In this document: in pieces, positions 12,201-25,900 of the stretch
Numbering within the stretch: the stretch's first letter is position 1
Layout of the letters: each line of letters begins with the position of its first letter
Source of the DNA: Eledone cirrhosa
Taxonomy: Eukaryota
Direction: 5' to 3'
DNA length: 64,000 nt
NCBI GenBank assembly: GCA_964016885.1
Contig: OZ024746.1
Span: 76,322,001-76,386,000 of the forward strand
Program-made: the position numbers and the translations under genes
The notes under the pieces: model-generated
The model's input: the letters and a program-made list of their open reading frames with translations, nothing else
What the model was told of the DNA's origin: nothing
Databases searched by the model: none

Positions 12201-15200
12201 TTCATCAAATTTTCTAAATGACAATGTATTTATGCACTTATAATCTATATTTTAGAAATGTGTTTACTATTGGGATGTCAAGTTCTTCATGATTATAATT
12301 ATAAGGCAGCAATTTGGCAAACTCATTAAGGCCTCAGATTAAATGCCTTGGTATTTGTTCTGGTTCACTGTATTCTGAGTTAAAATGCTGCCAAAGTCAA
12401 CATTGCCTTTTATCCTTTCAAGGTCAATAAGAAAAAATCCAATTCAGGGATGGTGGGTTTGCAGAATTGTTATAGTGTCGCACTGGATGCTTCATGGTAT
12501 CTGATCTGGATCTAATCCTACCTCTTTCTACCAAGTCTTGTGACCAGCAGATAGTATTATCTTGCAACAGAAGTGGTAACTCATTGCAGTAAACAGCCAT
12601 TAGGCTTCACTTTCTCAAGGGATTACAAGAAACATTATGAAAAATTCTGTCATTTATTGGGGATAATTATTCCAATTTTCTCTCTTGCCAGAAAGGAAGC
12701 CAGAAAGCTGATGAACATTTAAGAATGATTGAAAATAAAGATGTAGCTGTTGATCAGTGTATTCTAGCTGCTGGGAATCAATTTGAACCAGCAGAACAAA
12801 AAGAATTACTTAAGGTAGGTAACTCTTAATAACTGTTTCAGTGTAAATAGTTACGTATGTTTATATGTAATGTGAATTGGCAGACACATTAAAACGTCAG
12901 ATTGAATACTTTGCAGCATTCATTTCGGCTCTCTGCTCTCAAATCCAATAAAAAAAAGTACCATTACTGGGGTCAATTCTTCCTCTATATCTCTTTCTCA
13001 CTTCCATTCTCTCACCCTCTATTCTACTCTGGAAGAAATTGGCTATATTCAGATCATGTCGGTACTTAATTGGGGCCACTGACCTCCCAGATAGGCCGGA
13101 GACCATATCTCAATTACATATGTTCCCACTCTTTATAGAGTGTGCCGGGTACATTTTATCATGGCACCAGTGCTAGGGAGGTTGTTTTTGACAGAACTGA
13201 AGAGTTCTCTCTATTCTTTGTTTGTTGACTAGATGCCCTTCTTATCACCAACCTCTTTACAGAGTGTACTGGGTATATTTTATCATGACACCAACACAAC
13301 TGAAGAGCCCTCTCAAGCCTTTTTTGGCATGGTTTCTACAGCAGGATACATTTCCTATCACCAACCACCTTACAGAGTGTACTGGGTATATTTTCATGGT
13401 ATCAGTACTAGAGAAATTGTCGTATTTATTATTGTTGTTAACATTCATTCTTCCAGTATAATAGATGACTAAAGCTACTTATGTTTGTTGTTTTTTTCTC
13501 ACAGGCAGCTGCATTTGGTAAAAGTTTCCTCACTGAATATTCACCAAAGAAGTTTGTGTCAATGTGCCAGACACTTCGGGTTCTTAACCAGATTCGTCAC
13601 TTTAGTATTGGAATACCATTGACATATACACAGTATCCTTTTGTGTATAACAGTGTTTCTCAAGTTGCGGTATGAAACTTCAGAATGGGGTATATATAGT
13701 ATGCTCTATTTTTTGCCTAGTTATGGTCGGGCATGGGATTTCAGAATGAGGTGTGTAAACTATGTTATATATTAACTATGGTGAGTCGTAGGACATCAGA
13801 ATGGGGCATATGTACTATGCTATATATTTTGTCCAATCATGGTAGAGCATGGGACTTCAGTAAGAGGCATGTATATCATGTTATATACTAACTTTCTCCA
13901 GTCATGGTTAGGCATGTGACTTCAGAATGAAGTGTATATACTCTGTGTCTGTGTGACAGCTCACACCTATGCAGGTTTAGCTGGCCTCCCCCAAGGTATA
14001 TCTCGTTGGAGGTGTCTTGGGTGATTTAATGATAGAGACCCCAGTCCCATCATTTTATTTCTACAGCTGAGTAAACTGGAGCAACGTGAAATAAAGTGTC
14101 TTGCTCAAGGAAACAACACATCACCCGGTCCGAGAATTGAACTCACAACCTTTCGATTGCAAGCCCAATGCTCTAACCACTAAGCCATACATTAACTTCA
14201 TCTGATGCTGGGGCACATATTTTCTCTTCAAATCAAAGTGGGACTGGGGGATATATTAAAATTGAACAGAAACACAGAACTCTAATCTTTGCTTCATATT
14301 AGTAATTTGAGGGGTGATAAAATAAAGTACCAGTCACGAACTGGAGTTTGTTTCATTGACTTTCCTTGGATATTTTTACCAATGCTTCTCATATCTTAAT
14401 TGGTTTTACTCAGCCTAGGATATCTTCCACTGTCACCCCATATCTTATATAAATATTTTGAATTTTTTGTAAAAATATGTAAGAAAAACAATTTCAGTTT
14501 GTTTCATTTATTTATTTATCATTATAATACTCTGAATTCAAATCCTGCTGAAATCATCTTTGCATTTCACCCCTCCAGGGTCAATGAAATAAAGGACCAA
14601 TCAAGTACTAGGTCAATTTAATTGATTTTCCTTTCCTCTCAAAATTGCTGGCCTTCTGTCTAAATTAGAAACATTATTTCAACATTCTGAGTTCAAATCC
14701 CGCTGAGGTTAACTTTGCCTTTCATCCTTTCGGGGTCGATAAAATAAAGTACCAGTAATGCACTGGATAATTGCTGGCCTTGTGCCAAATGTAGAAACAA
14801 TTATTTCAACATTCAATTTTGTTATGCTGAGATAGAAGGTTACCATTCTATATGATTTTGCATCTTTGATTTGCGTGGATTTGATTCCTAGACTGGGCAG
14901 TGCATTGTGTTCTTGAAGACAACACTTCATTATCCTAATAACCCTAACCCTTATCTTTAAAACACCTGGGAAACTTCCTATGAGATGCAACCTTATAGAA
15001 CACTAGCTAAACTTGCATAGGTGTGAGCTGTAAATTTCATGGCATTATTTTCTTGATTACAAGTGCGCTGGTTTGGCAGTATTGGCAGAGCGTGAGACAC
15101 CATGCATTGCAGTTATGGCCCTTTACGTTCTGAGTTCAAATCCCGCCGGGGTTAAATTTGTCTTTCATCCTTACGGGGTCGATAAAATAAAGCACCAGTA

Positions 15201-16914
15201 ATGCACTGAGGTAATTGCTGGCCTTGTGCCAAAAGTAGAAACTATTATTTTCTTAATTACAAGTTTATCTTCATTTGAACACTTAATTATGTATTAATCA
15301 ACTGCTTTAAGATTCCTTAATAATACTTCAGATTAGAGCTATTATCCAAAGAGGTTTTGATCGACCGATTAGTATTGCGTATGAAATTCTTATTAGCTAT
15401 TCGTATCTGTCAGTTTCTACATATTCCTGATGCTGAGGGTGTTAGTCGGATTCTTGCACATTGGGCGTGCTACAAGGTACAGTATTTTATTTAAATAAAT
15501 TTGTCTGTGTGTATCTGGGTGTGGATGTGTGGTTAAGAAGTTTGCTTCGCAGTCATAAGGTCACCTGTTCAATCCCACTGCATTGCATCTTGGACAGGTG
15601 TCATTTAAAATAGCCCCCCCCCCACCTTTTCCCCCTCTCTGTTCAATCCCACTGTGTTGTAATTTGTACAGGGGTCTTTTACAAACCATGCCTTGTGGGT
15701 GAAATTGGGTTGACGAAAACTGTTTAGAAGCCTGTCAAATGGACTGTACCTGTAATTCAAAGCTTTGTTATACAGTTTCACTAAGTCTCCCTGGAATGCT
15801 CAGCCACTTGCATATTCCATTGATTGAACAACTGAAAGGCACATCGTTGAAACTGACAGAAATCCATTCCAATTCCAGAGTGTGTGTGTGTGAAAACCTC
15901 CATTTCCTGTTACTTGTACTTTAATATTTGGGAAGTTGTAAGGCTAGTAGATTGGCAGAATTGGTAGAGCATCAGATAAAATGCTATTGTGCTATTTGTT
16001 CTGTATTAAAATTTAGCCACGGTCAAGTTTGCCTTTCATACTTCCAAAGTTGATAGAATAAAGTACCAGTTAAGTACTGGGGTTGATTTAGTCAACTTTG
16101 CCATTCACCAAAATTTGCTGGCCATGTGCCTAAATTAGAAATCAATATTTATGAAGTTGCCTTTTTCAGTTGGGTTAGATCTCTTGTTGATATGTTTTGG
16201 TATTTCCCATAGTGACATGCTGTTAATTACTGCCCAATTCATGGGCAGTAATTAACAGCATGGACTGTCAGAATTATTAAAGTACTGTATGACATGCTTT
16301 GACATATCTAATCTCTATCTGTGCATTCTCACTTCAAATCCTATGTCCTACCAGGAATTATGACAGGCATATATATCAACAACAGAAAGACCAATGGAAA
16401 CATTGTTTCCTTGAACCAATCTGACAATCAGCTTCTTTCTTTTCTTTTTGGTTAAAACTTGGCATCCTGTAATGATTTAATAGGAAATATCTAAAAACAG
16501 GTTTGTTAATTCAAATGTTTATAGCATTTTTACAAGTGGACAGATCATTGTCAAAATTTTCAGTGTTAGAATAAAGACTTAAACTTTTGATGTCCATGGA
16601 AAAGCAAATGTAAAAGGATGATGTAGTCAAAGAGCAGTTTTGTACTTTTCAAGAATGTCTTGTTAATGTTGTTTCATGTAGTGCAGGACATTTATCTTTT
16701 TCTTTTTTTGCTTTTACAGGTTCAACAGAAATACGAGAGTGATGAAGCAGTAGCATATGCAATTTCTCAAAAATTGGGAGACACACCTGGGGTATCTTAT
16801 TCGGAAATTGCTTGCAAAGCTACAGAATGTGGCAGAGACGAGTTAGCTATTAAGGTAAAGTTTAACTACCTTGATCTCTCTCTCTCTCCCCCTCTTTCTC
16901 TCTCTCTCCCTCTT

Positions 16915-16949
<35 letters not shown>

Positions 16950-19900
16950 TTCTCTCTCCCTCTCTCTCTCTCTTTCTCTCGCTCTCTCTCTCTCTCTCTC
17001 TGGTATGAGTTGTACAGGTTATCACTGTCAGAGACGAGACAGGTCAGTTAACCTTTTTGGCATGGTTTTTATAGATACCCTGCCTAATGCTAACCACTTT
17101 TCAACATATACTGGATGCATTTTTTAATGGTGCCACCACTACCAATTTATAAAGTCTTCTGGGTGCATTTTATCGTGGCCCAACACTACCACTTTACAGA
17201 GTGTACTGGGTACATATTATCATGGCCCCAGCATGTGTGTGTGTGTGTGTGTGCCAATTGCCGCAATTGTCTTAACACCATTTCTAAATAATGCAGTGAC
17301 AGTCCTCTATAAATATCACCTCCTGCAGCAAATCAGTTTGACAAAGTGCCTGTAGCATGTACCATACTTCCTGAAAGGTATAGGTTATCACCAAGAAGAA
17401 TATCCAGTTGTACAAGAAAAGAACATATGAATATAAACAATAAGGATGAAGACATTGACAAAGATGATAATGATAATGTGGAGATGGCAATGATGATGGA
17501 ATGTAACAGACATGCCCTACTCCTGCATAAAACAAACATGATGATGAAGATGAACGTTCATTTTCTTAAATTTTATTTATTTATTTATTCTATCTGCCCT
17601 CTTATTTTCTACTTTTGATTTCCATTGATTTAATCTTAAATGTATACATATTTTATTTTTTAGCTTTTAGAGTTTGAACCTAAAGCTTCAGAACAAGTTC
17701 CTCTATTAATGAAAATGAATAGGAATGAGTTGGCATTGTCAAAGGCTATTAGTAGTGGTGATACAGACCTTGGTAAGACACAGCATTCAGTTGTATTTCA
17801 TTTACCATATATACTCATATATAAGCTGAGAAATATGTGACATAAAAAATCAATGGTAAAATGGGGATTGGTTTATATTCGAGGTCAATATTTTGCCAAT
17901 TTTCACCAACTTCAAATTCTACATAAATAAAGTGCTAAAATATTCTGAGAAATTATTTTACAATGAAACACTGTTTTTCTACATTTGCTACATTGTCATT
18001 TGTGTTATTTATGCATTCCCTTGAAAATATTTCAAAAAAAATTATATAATTTGAACATTTTAATACATGTATAGACCATAGATATACACATATGTGCACG
18101 CACACAAACATGTTTTTCTCTGACAATACATTTTCTTTCAATCTTACTTCGGATTTTATTTTATTGCTCTCACTCTCACCCTCTCTTTTTCTTGCTCTTC
18201 CTCTCCTTACTCTCACTTGCTCACCCCCTCTCTCCCTTTTCTACTCTATAAATCCCTATACAAAGTTTTCTTATTCAATATTTTGCTTTCATAGTACTCC
18301 TAGCATGTGAGTGCTCAGAAGTAAACAAAAATTTGAGAAACTTGTTGAAACTTAACATAATGGAAACTTATTACATAATAGAGTTGTGAAACAAAAACTA
18401 CACTTAAACAACACTTAAAACATTTTAAACATCAAAATATTAAAACTTCATGAATATATTTTATACTCATGAAAATTTCAAAACCGCACCAACTAAGCAT
18501 AATATGTTTATTAGCTGCCTCAGCTTATAAACGGGTTTGGAACTTTGCCCATTTATCAGGCATAAAATAGGGGAGGAAGGGCTTATATTCAGATCAGCTT
18601 ACATTTGAGTATATATGGTAATTCTTAACATTCTCTACAAGAAACTGTGTTAGGACATTCTCGAAAATTAAAAAACAGTACTTTGACTGAATCATATTAA
18701 AAATTAAAGTATTTCTTCTAAAACTGCAAATTTTCACAATAATCTAATAAAGATACTATAAACATTTGAATTAACAAACCTGTTTTCAGACATTTTCTGC
18801 TACATCATTACAGGATGCTAAGATTTAAAATTTGTTAAAGGTTTGAAATGGCAGAGTCATTATGGCATCAAAATAAAATGCCTTATGGTATTTGTTCTCT
18901 GCACTTAGTTCAAATCCCACCCAGGTTAACTTTGATTTTTATCCTTTTGGATCTGATAAAATAAAGTAGTAGTGTTTTCTGTTTGAAGATGCCTTCCTTT
19001 TTTCCTCCTTTCCTCCAATATTGGAGGCTCTAAAATGAATGATGACCACAGCCATTCTATACTTGTAATATTTCTTTCATATTTTGTTTTCCAGTCTATA
19101 CAGTTTTATTGAAACTGCAGGATTCTAATACATCAGATTTTCCACGTCAAATTCGCAATATGCCAATGGCTTATTTCCTTTACTTACAGGTTAGTCAGAA
19201 TTTGATGCAAATGCTTTCTCTGTGTTGTAAACTTTCTTTATCAGTCTGTTTGTCTATCTGTTTCTCTGTTTGTCTGTCTATTTAACTTTATTATGTTCTG
19301 ATGTATGTAAGTGAAAATATTTGTGAGAGCTACACAGTGTTTTGGTAGTACCAAGTCTGTTTTGATATGTAGAAACATTTGTACTATCACTGTAATTTGT
19401 TTTAATTTTATTCATTTAGAGTCCATTTGGGCTTCTGCTTATGAATATGGTATTTTGGATTGTAATGGGGATTTCAGCTCCCTGAAACTAGTATCCATGT
19501 AAAAGTCGACTCCATAAAGTTAACCTTATAAATTAGTCTAAAAAATTAAACTTCTACATGACTATATACACATGCATACGATATATTTATGGTTGGGTAA
19601 ATTCAGATATTTATAAAACATTTTCCAACAAACACAGGCGATAACTCAGGAAAATGTTTTGGTCTAATTTTTACCTCTCCTGTGAAGCAAGCCAACCGCC
19701 AACATTATATTTATGGTTGGGTTAACTCAGATATTGGTAAGAATTTTCTGGCGGCACGGGAGATAACTCCGGGCATGTTTTGGTCTAATTTTTGCCTTTT
19801 AAGTGAAGCATAGCCACCCAATATTTTACTTGCTAAAGTTTTAATGAATGACTAGCCTCTAATTTTTGGTTTATTCTATATTAATAGTATTGTCGGAAGC

Positions 19901-22900
19901 AAAACCGCAAGGAGCTCCAGAATATGTACTATACAGAAGATAATTATTTAGAAGATGGCTTATGTTTTGTCATTGATAGCTTCAGTTATGATGTAAGTAT
20001 ATACCTGGTTTAACCTTTTCATTTCTGTGTTTCTAATGGAAGTCATTGCCTATTTTCAAACAATTTTTAAAATCATCAGGAAACTGGAAGGATTTAGTAA
20101 TATAACAAACTTTCTCATTATTAAGTTGGTGTTTGGAACATAACTTAAATGAAGGTTCTTAGATAAAATTAATGAAAGACATTGCCTATTATTTTGAAAA
20201 TCATAAAGAATTTATAAAGATTTAGTAATATAATTAATTTTCTCATTAATAAGCTGATGTTTGGTTCATAATTTAAGGGAGGTTCTTACATAAAACTAGG
20301 ATTGAAGGTTTTTAGGTAAATATAAGCACTTTAAAACAAGCAATTTTTTTTTTATCATAGAACCAAGGGTGGTTTCAGATGGGCTAATATCAAACGAGTT
20401 AAATCCGGGGTCTCTAAAGTGGTCGATATTGACCCCTAGAGGTTTGAAGGGACTACCCAGAACATCAATTGAACTTTTGGGTCTAAATCTGACATTTGTA
20501 TAAGAAATGAAAATATATAAAATAATACAATAAAATACAACTTTCAGGTTTCTGATTTATATATAATTTAGTCTTTATTGTTTTTATTTTATATTGTGTT
20601 TACTGGTTATATATATTTGTATATTGCCTGGGGTCAATGAGGAGTCAAGAGTTCCATAAAGAAGTTGATGATCTAAAAAATTTGGGGATCCCTTCTTCAG
20701 AATTTAAATATCATCATCATAGGTTTTATGTCCATTTTTCCATGCTGGCATTGGTTGAAGGACAACATCATCAACATTATTATCACATGTCTGTCTTCTA
20801 TTATGGCATGTGTTGGCTAGGTTTTATTTATTTACCTATATATTTTTGTACATGCCTCGGCTCAATGGGGGTGGAGGTGTTTTTGATCTGAAAAGGTAAG
20901 GGATCCCTCGTTTAAATTCTGATTTATTTGCATTCCTATGTTTTTGATTCTTCTAATACTATCAACCAACAAATGAATAGTTATAAATTTCAGACACGGA
21001 TTGAACTTTGACATTCCTAATGAAATTTATTTCTAACCAACCAGTTGTATAAGAAACTCAGAATAACTTTACAAAGAAGCTTTAAGTTAACCCTTTCATT
21101 ACCATATATTTTGTGAAAGTCACTGCTTATGAAAGTTAACCCTTTCATTTTCATTTAACCCTTTAATTACCATTATCCTAATTCTAATAAAAAAAAAAAA
21201 CAGCCTTGATTTTTGAATCATTTCTAAAATAATCGAGAATTTTTGGCGATTTAATAATTGTTTCTACTTTAGGCACAAGGCCAGCAATTACCCAGTGCAT
21301 TACTGGTACTTTATTTTATCGACCCCGTAAGGATGAAAGGCAAAGTCAACCTCGGCGGGATTTGAACTCAGATCGTAAAGGGACGTAACTATGCTGGAAA
21401 GCATGGCGTCCGACCCTCTACCGATACTGCCAATCCACCGCCCTTTTGGCGATTTAATAATGTAACTAGCTTTGTCATTATTTATCTGGTTCCTGGGTAA
21501 TAGCTTAAGTTCTGACATAAAATTATCATGGATGACTTTTAAATAAACATGATCCTTTGAAAACAGTATGAAAAGGGTTAAATCATTTATACTTAAGTAA
21601 AAAATATACAATTTTTTGTTTTTGTTATTGCAGCGATTAGAGGACCGAATGTGTGCATTGAAGGATGCTGTGATTCGTTTTAATAAATCCAAAAATGAAT
21701 TTGTAACGAAGGTAAGCAACTTTAATTTTGAAATTCAGAAAAAATAAGTTTATATGTCTTTAGTAAGTGAGTTGACAGAATCCTTAGAACATTTGATTAA
21801 ATAACCCAGTATTTGTTCTGAGGTCAACTTTGACTTTTTTCCTTTCATAAATAAAGTACCAATCCAAAAATGGTGGATTGGCGGGATTGTTAAAGTGTTG
21901 ACAGGATGCTCTGCAGTATCTGTTCTGAGTTCTGTGTATTCTAAGTGGAAATCTTTCCTTTTGTGACCAAAAAACAGTGACATTTTTGCTTGAAATTTCC
22001 TTGCTCCTTTTTATATATCATCAGAAGTCACCTCTCTTCATCTTATTTGATGGAATTTTTTAGCAAGGCGTGGATATCTGGTTAAGCAAAATTTCCCTTG
22101 CAAAATTTCCCACTGGTTAAGCAAAATTTCCCACATGCTACCAGCTGAAAAATGGAAGGATGCCTTCGATAATGTAGTCTCTGATATTCAAGTTGATTAC
22201 ATCTAATATGAACATTTTTAAAATACCCAAAATAGTATACAATGTTTTTTTATAGATGTTAGCTCTATAATGAGTTGATGGAACCTTTTAAAACAAAGCC
22301 AAATCCTAGAAGAAATCTTTATTATACAAATAATAATAAATTCTGCTTAGGCTTTACTGTTGTCTCAAATTTTTATTATTGGTACTAACTTCTTCAGCAA
22401 ACAGAGGAACAAGTCAAGTTGCTGGATATGCAGCAGAAATTTGAAGAGGAGTTTAACAGATCTTATATAGATTTGACTTTACAAGAAACTATACATCAAT
22501 TGATTGTGGATGATAAGATGAAACAAGCTGAGTTTATGAGAAAGACTTTTAAAGTTCCTGACAGAAGGTAAGCATATGCACACTTGAAAGCATATGAGTC
22601 TGATATTTTCTTTTTGTTTTTTATTGAATTTTAGTATGAAAGGTTGTACCCATTGCCTTTGCATGTCCTGTTTGCCACCTTGTATGTCTGGTTTGAGGAA
22701 ACAGCAAATCAGTCATTGATGCAAACTGAATGCAGCATAGCTGGATGGGGAAGAAGGTTTACAATTAAGAGTCTTGGGTTTGAGCCCACTGTGTGACATC
22801 TTACGGAAATGTCATTTACATAGCCTCAAGTCAACCCAAGCATTGTGAATGAAATTGAGCTAGTATGGAAGAATGCCCACTCGAATGATTGTACCTGTAT

Positions 22901-25900
22901 TTCAAATGTTCAGGTTTGTTACATACACGGATTCTGCCTGAGGATTATAATAAGAGTGCATAAGTGTGTGGAACATTCAGCCAATTACATGCTAATTCAA
23001 CAAGCAGGTAGTTCCATTGATCAATCAACTGAAGGTTCATCATTGAAATTGACTGAGATCTATTTACTATTTTACATTGATGTAGACAAAAAAGACTAGG
23101 GAACATGACCAAATCTTAATTACAAAACATTACTTACTTATTCTGGTTTTCAGCTGGAAGTTCCTGTTAGCTACATCTTGGCATCTGAAAGGTTTTCGTT
23201 TTGAATTGTTTCATGTGTTCTTTTAATTGCATAGACTCACAACCAGATTTACATATGAGATAAGTGAAAGGGTCTCATACGTTAAAGTATAGCTATGAAA
23301 CACATCTTTGTCAGTATTTGGAATATTGTAATTTTATTAAATACATTTCTTTTTTTTAAGTGTCACTTCTGTTTTAAAGGTCGACATGGATCGATGCTGG
23401 ATCTCATTATCATTCTACATCATCATCATCATCATTTAACCTTTTTTTCCTTGCTATCAAAGCCTAAATTCATGTATTCTTACAAGCAGGTACTGGCCCC
23501 AAATGTTCTCTAACCCCTAGTTGCTTTAATCCAGCCTTGCATTGATTTCCTGTATACTAAATATGACTGTTTCATTAGCTCTGTTTAATTTACCTTTTAC
23601 TCCTATTAACTGACACCTCTTATTAAGATAACCCTCTTTATAACTGTTTTTCTTTATTTATCCAACAATATTTTGTTGTTGAAGAATTTAACTGCTCCAA
23701 TTGTGATACTTCATATTTGACAAAAAATTAAACTTTCTTGTTGATAATTCTATTTGCTTCTGTTTCATGACTTATATTTTTCGCTATAAATATATTTTCC
23801 CTTAATTCATTAATTTTTTGGGCAGGTTTTGGTGGTTAAAAATCAATGCCCTTGCAAGTTCTCATTTATGGAGTGAATTGGACAAATTTTCTAGAACTAA
23901 AAAACCACCTATTGGAATAGAGGTAAAGCACACTAATTATTCATTTTTTTGTGAAAGACAAATTAAAAAGCTCTGTTAATATGTATTATACTTCACATCC
24001 TAAAGATAAAGGCATTTTCTTGTATCTTCATAGACATACTTTTTGTTTGTATGTTCCATTTTGGGCAAAATTTCTATGGCTAGATACCCTTCCTAACAAT
24101 ACCCACTTTACAGAGTGTATTGCATGCATTTTATCATGGCGCTAGTACTAGAGAAGTGGTCATGGCATCAACAAGACTAAAGAGCCCTCTTTACTTTACG
24201 TTGGCTCAGTTTGATCACCAGTCTTTATAAGAACAAATAGTTAATTTGCTATATATGTGAAACATATATAGCAAATTGCAATTTATAGTTTAAAAATATG
24301 GAAAACTGCGTATATCTACAAAAATGTAATTTCAAATCTCTTTCTTCATTAACTCTATATTCTAAATAAAGATTATTTTATTTATCCTGTACAGTTGATT
24401 TTGTGATCAATAAATGATTTTTTTTAAATATTATCAGGAGAGATATATATAACCATTTTTGTCACTATAAACACTATAATCTAGTTATCCTAACTTAATG
24501 ATATATCATTAAAAAAGTTTATCATCATCAATCTGAATTGGACGGGTTGTCACAGTCCAAGATTGGATGAGTCAGAGAGACCTCACCTTGTTTGTATATT
24601 CCATGTTTGGTATAGTTTCTATGAGTGGATGCCATTTCTAATGCCAACCTTTTTACAAATTGTATTGGTTGCATTAAAAATTTATATTTTAAAATATTTT
24701 GATAGAAACCATGTTTTTATAGAGTTTTTACCGACTCTTTGTTATTTTTTTTAGATGATTTCATCTAAATTTTTTCCTTCAATTTTGATCAACATTTTTC
24801 TTGTATTTGCTATATTTATTTTCAAATTAATCAGGCCTTTGTCGATGTGTGCATGAAGAACAAAAATCCTGAAGAGGCACGGAAATATATTCCCCGTGTT
24901 CAACCTGAGAATAAAGTCCGATGTTTATTGAAGACAGGGTAAGTAAGGACTTCAACTTTCATCTTAAGGAAATTTATACTGCTATAGTTTTAAAATTTCA
25001 AAAATGATTTGAAACTCGCAAATAATTTATATTGCACTATATTGCAATTAATTAGAAAATGATCGTTTCCTCATTATCATCATTTTTGATAAATAATTTC
25101 TTTTTTTTTACGTTAATGCCTAGATAAATACTTTTTCTAACACCAACCACTTTACATATCTGGAGTGATTATTTTGCAGTGAAACACTGTTTTTTTTTAC
25201 ATTTACATTGGTATGAGTTCTATGTATTGCTTGAGAACATTCCCTACACATGTGCGGCGACTGTCTTTCTCTGTGACTTTTCTTTCAACCTTGTTTTGTT
25301 TTATTCTGCTTGTCCTCTCTCGCCCTCTATTTTTCTTGTTCTGCCGCCTCTCCTCACTTTCTATCTCTTCCTCCCCCTTCTAAAGTCATTACATAGTGGA
25401 TTTGTAAAACAAAATCTATTCTCTAATCGATACTTAAAACATTTGAAATATTAACACAGGGTTTGGATTTTTGTCCATTTCTCAGACATAAAATGGTGGG
25501 GTGCTTATATTTGAGTATATATGGTAGTTGCATAGCAAACTTCTTAACCACATAACCATGCCTACACCTAATTTATTTGACCATATCAATTAACACCACA
25601 GTTAAGCAAAATGTACACTCAGTGAAGTCATCATCATCATAATAATTATTATTATTATAAGTCCGCCGAGATTAACTTTGCCTTTCATCCTTACGGGGTC
25701 GATAAAATAAAGTACCAGTAACGCACTGGGTAATTGCTAGCCTTGTGCCAAAAGTAGAAACAATTATTATAAGTCTGTTTTTTTTTTGTTTCCCATGCCT
25801 CATAGGTTGGATGTGTCTTCTTCTGTATGCCCTTCCTCCATTCAGTGTATTCCATCGTCTTCCTCAGTCTTCCTCTACATAGACTCATATCATATTATTT

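Larger units (their letters stand above)
13633..15331 (+). other. U12-type GT-AG intron of VPS16
   Basis: 5' site GTATCCTTTT; branch-like TTCCTTAAT at 15313-15321, 10 nt before the end of the CAG acceptor; no polypyrimidine tract. Confidence 0.9.

Noticed and set aside
15064-15150. tRNA-like A/B boxes (also at other SINE heads)
   Set aside because: No cloverleaf; always fused to a SINE body and tail, so not tRNA genes.
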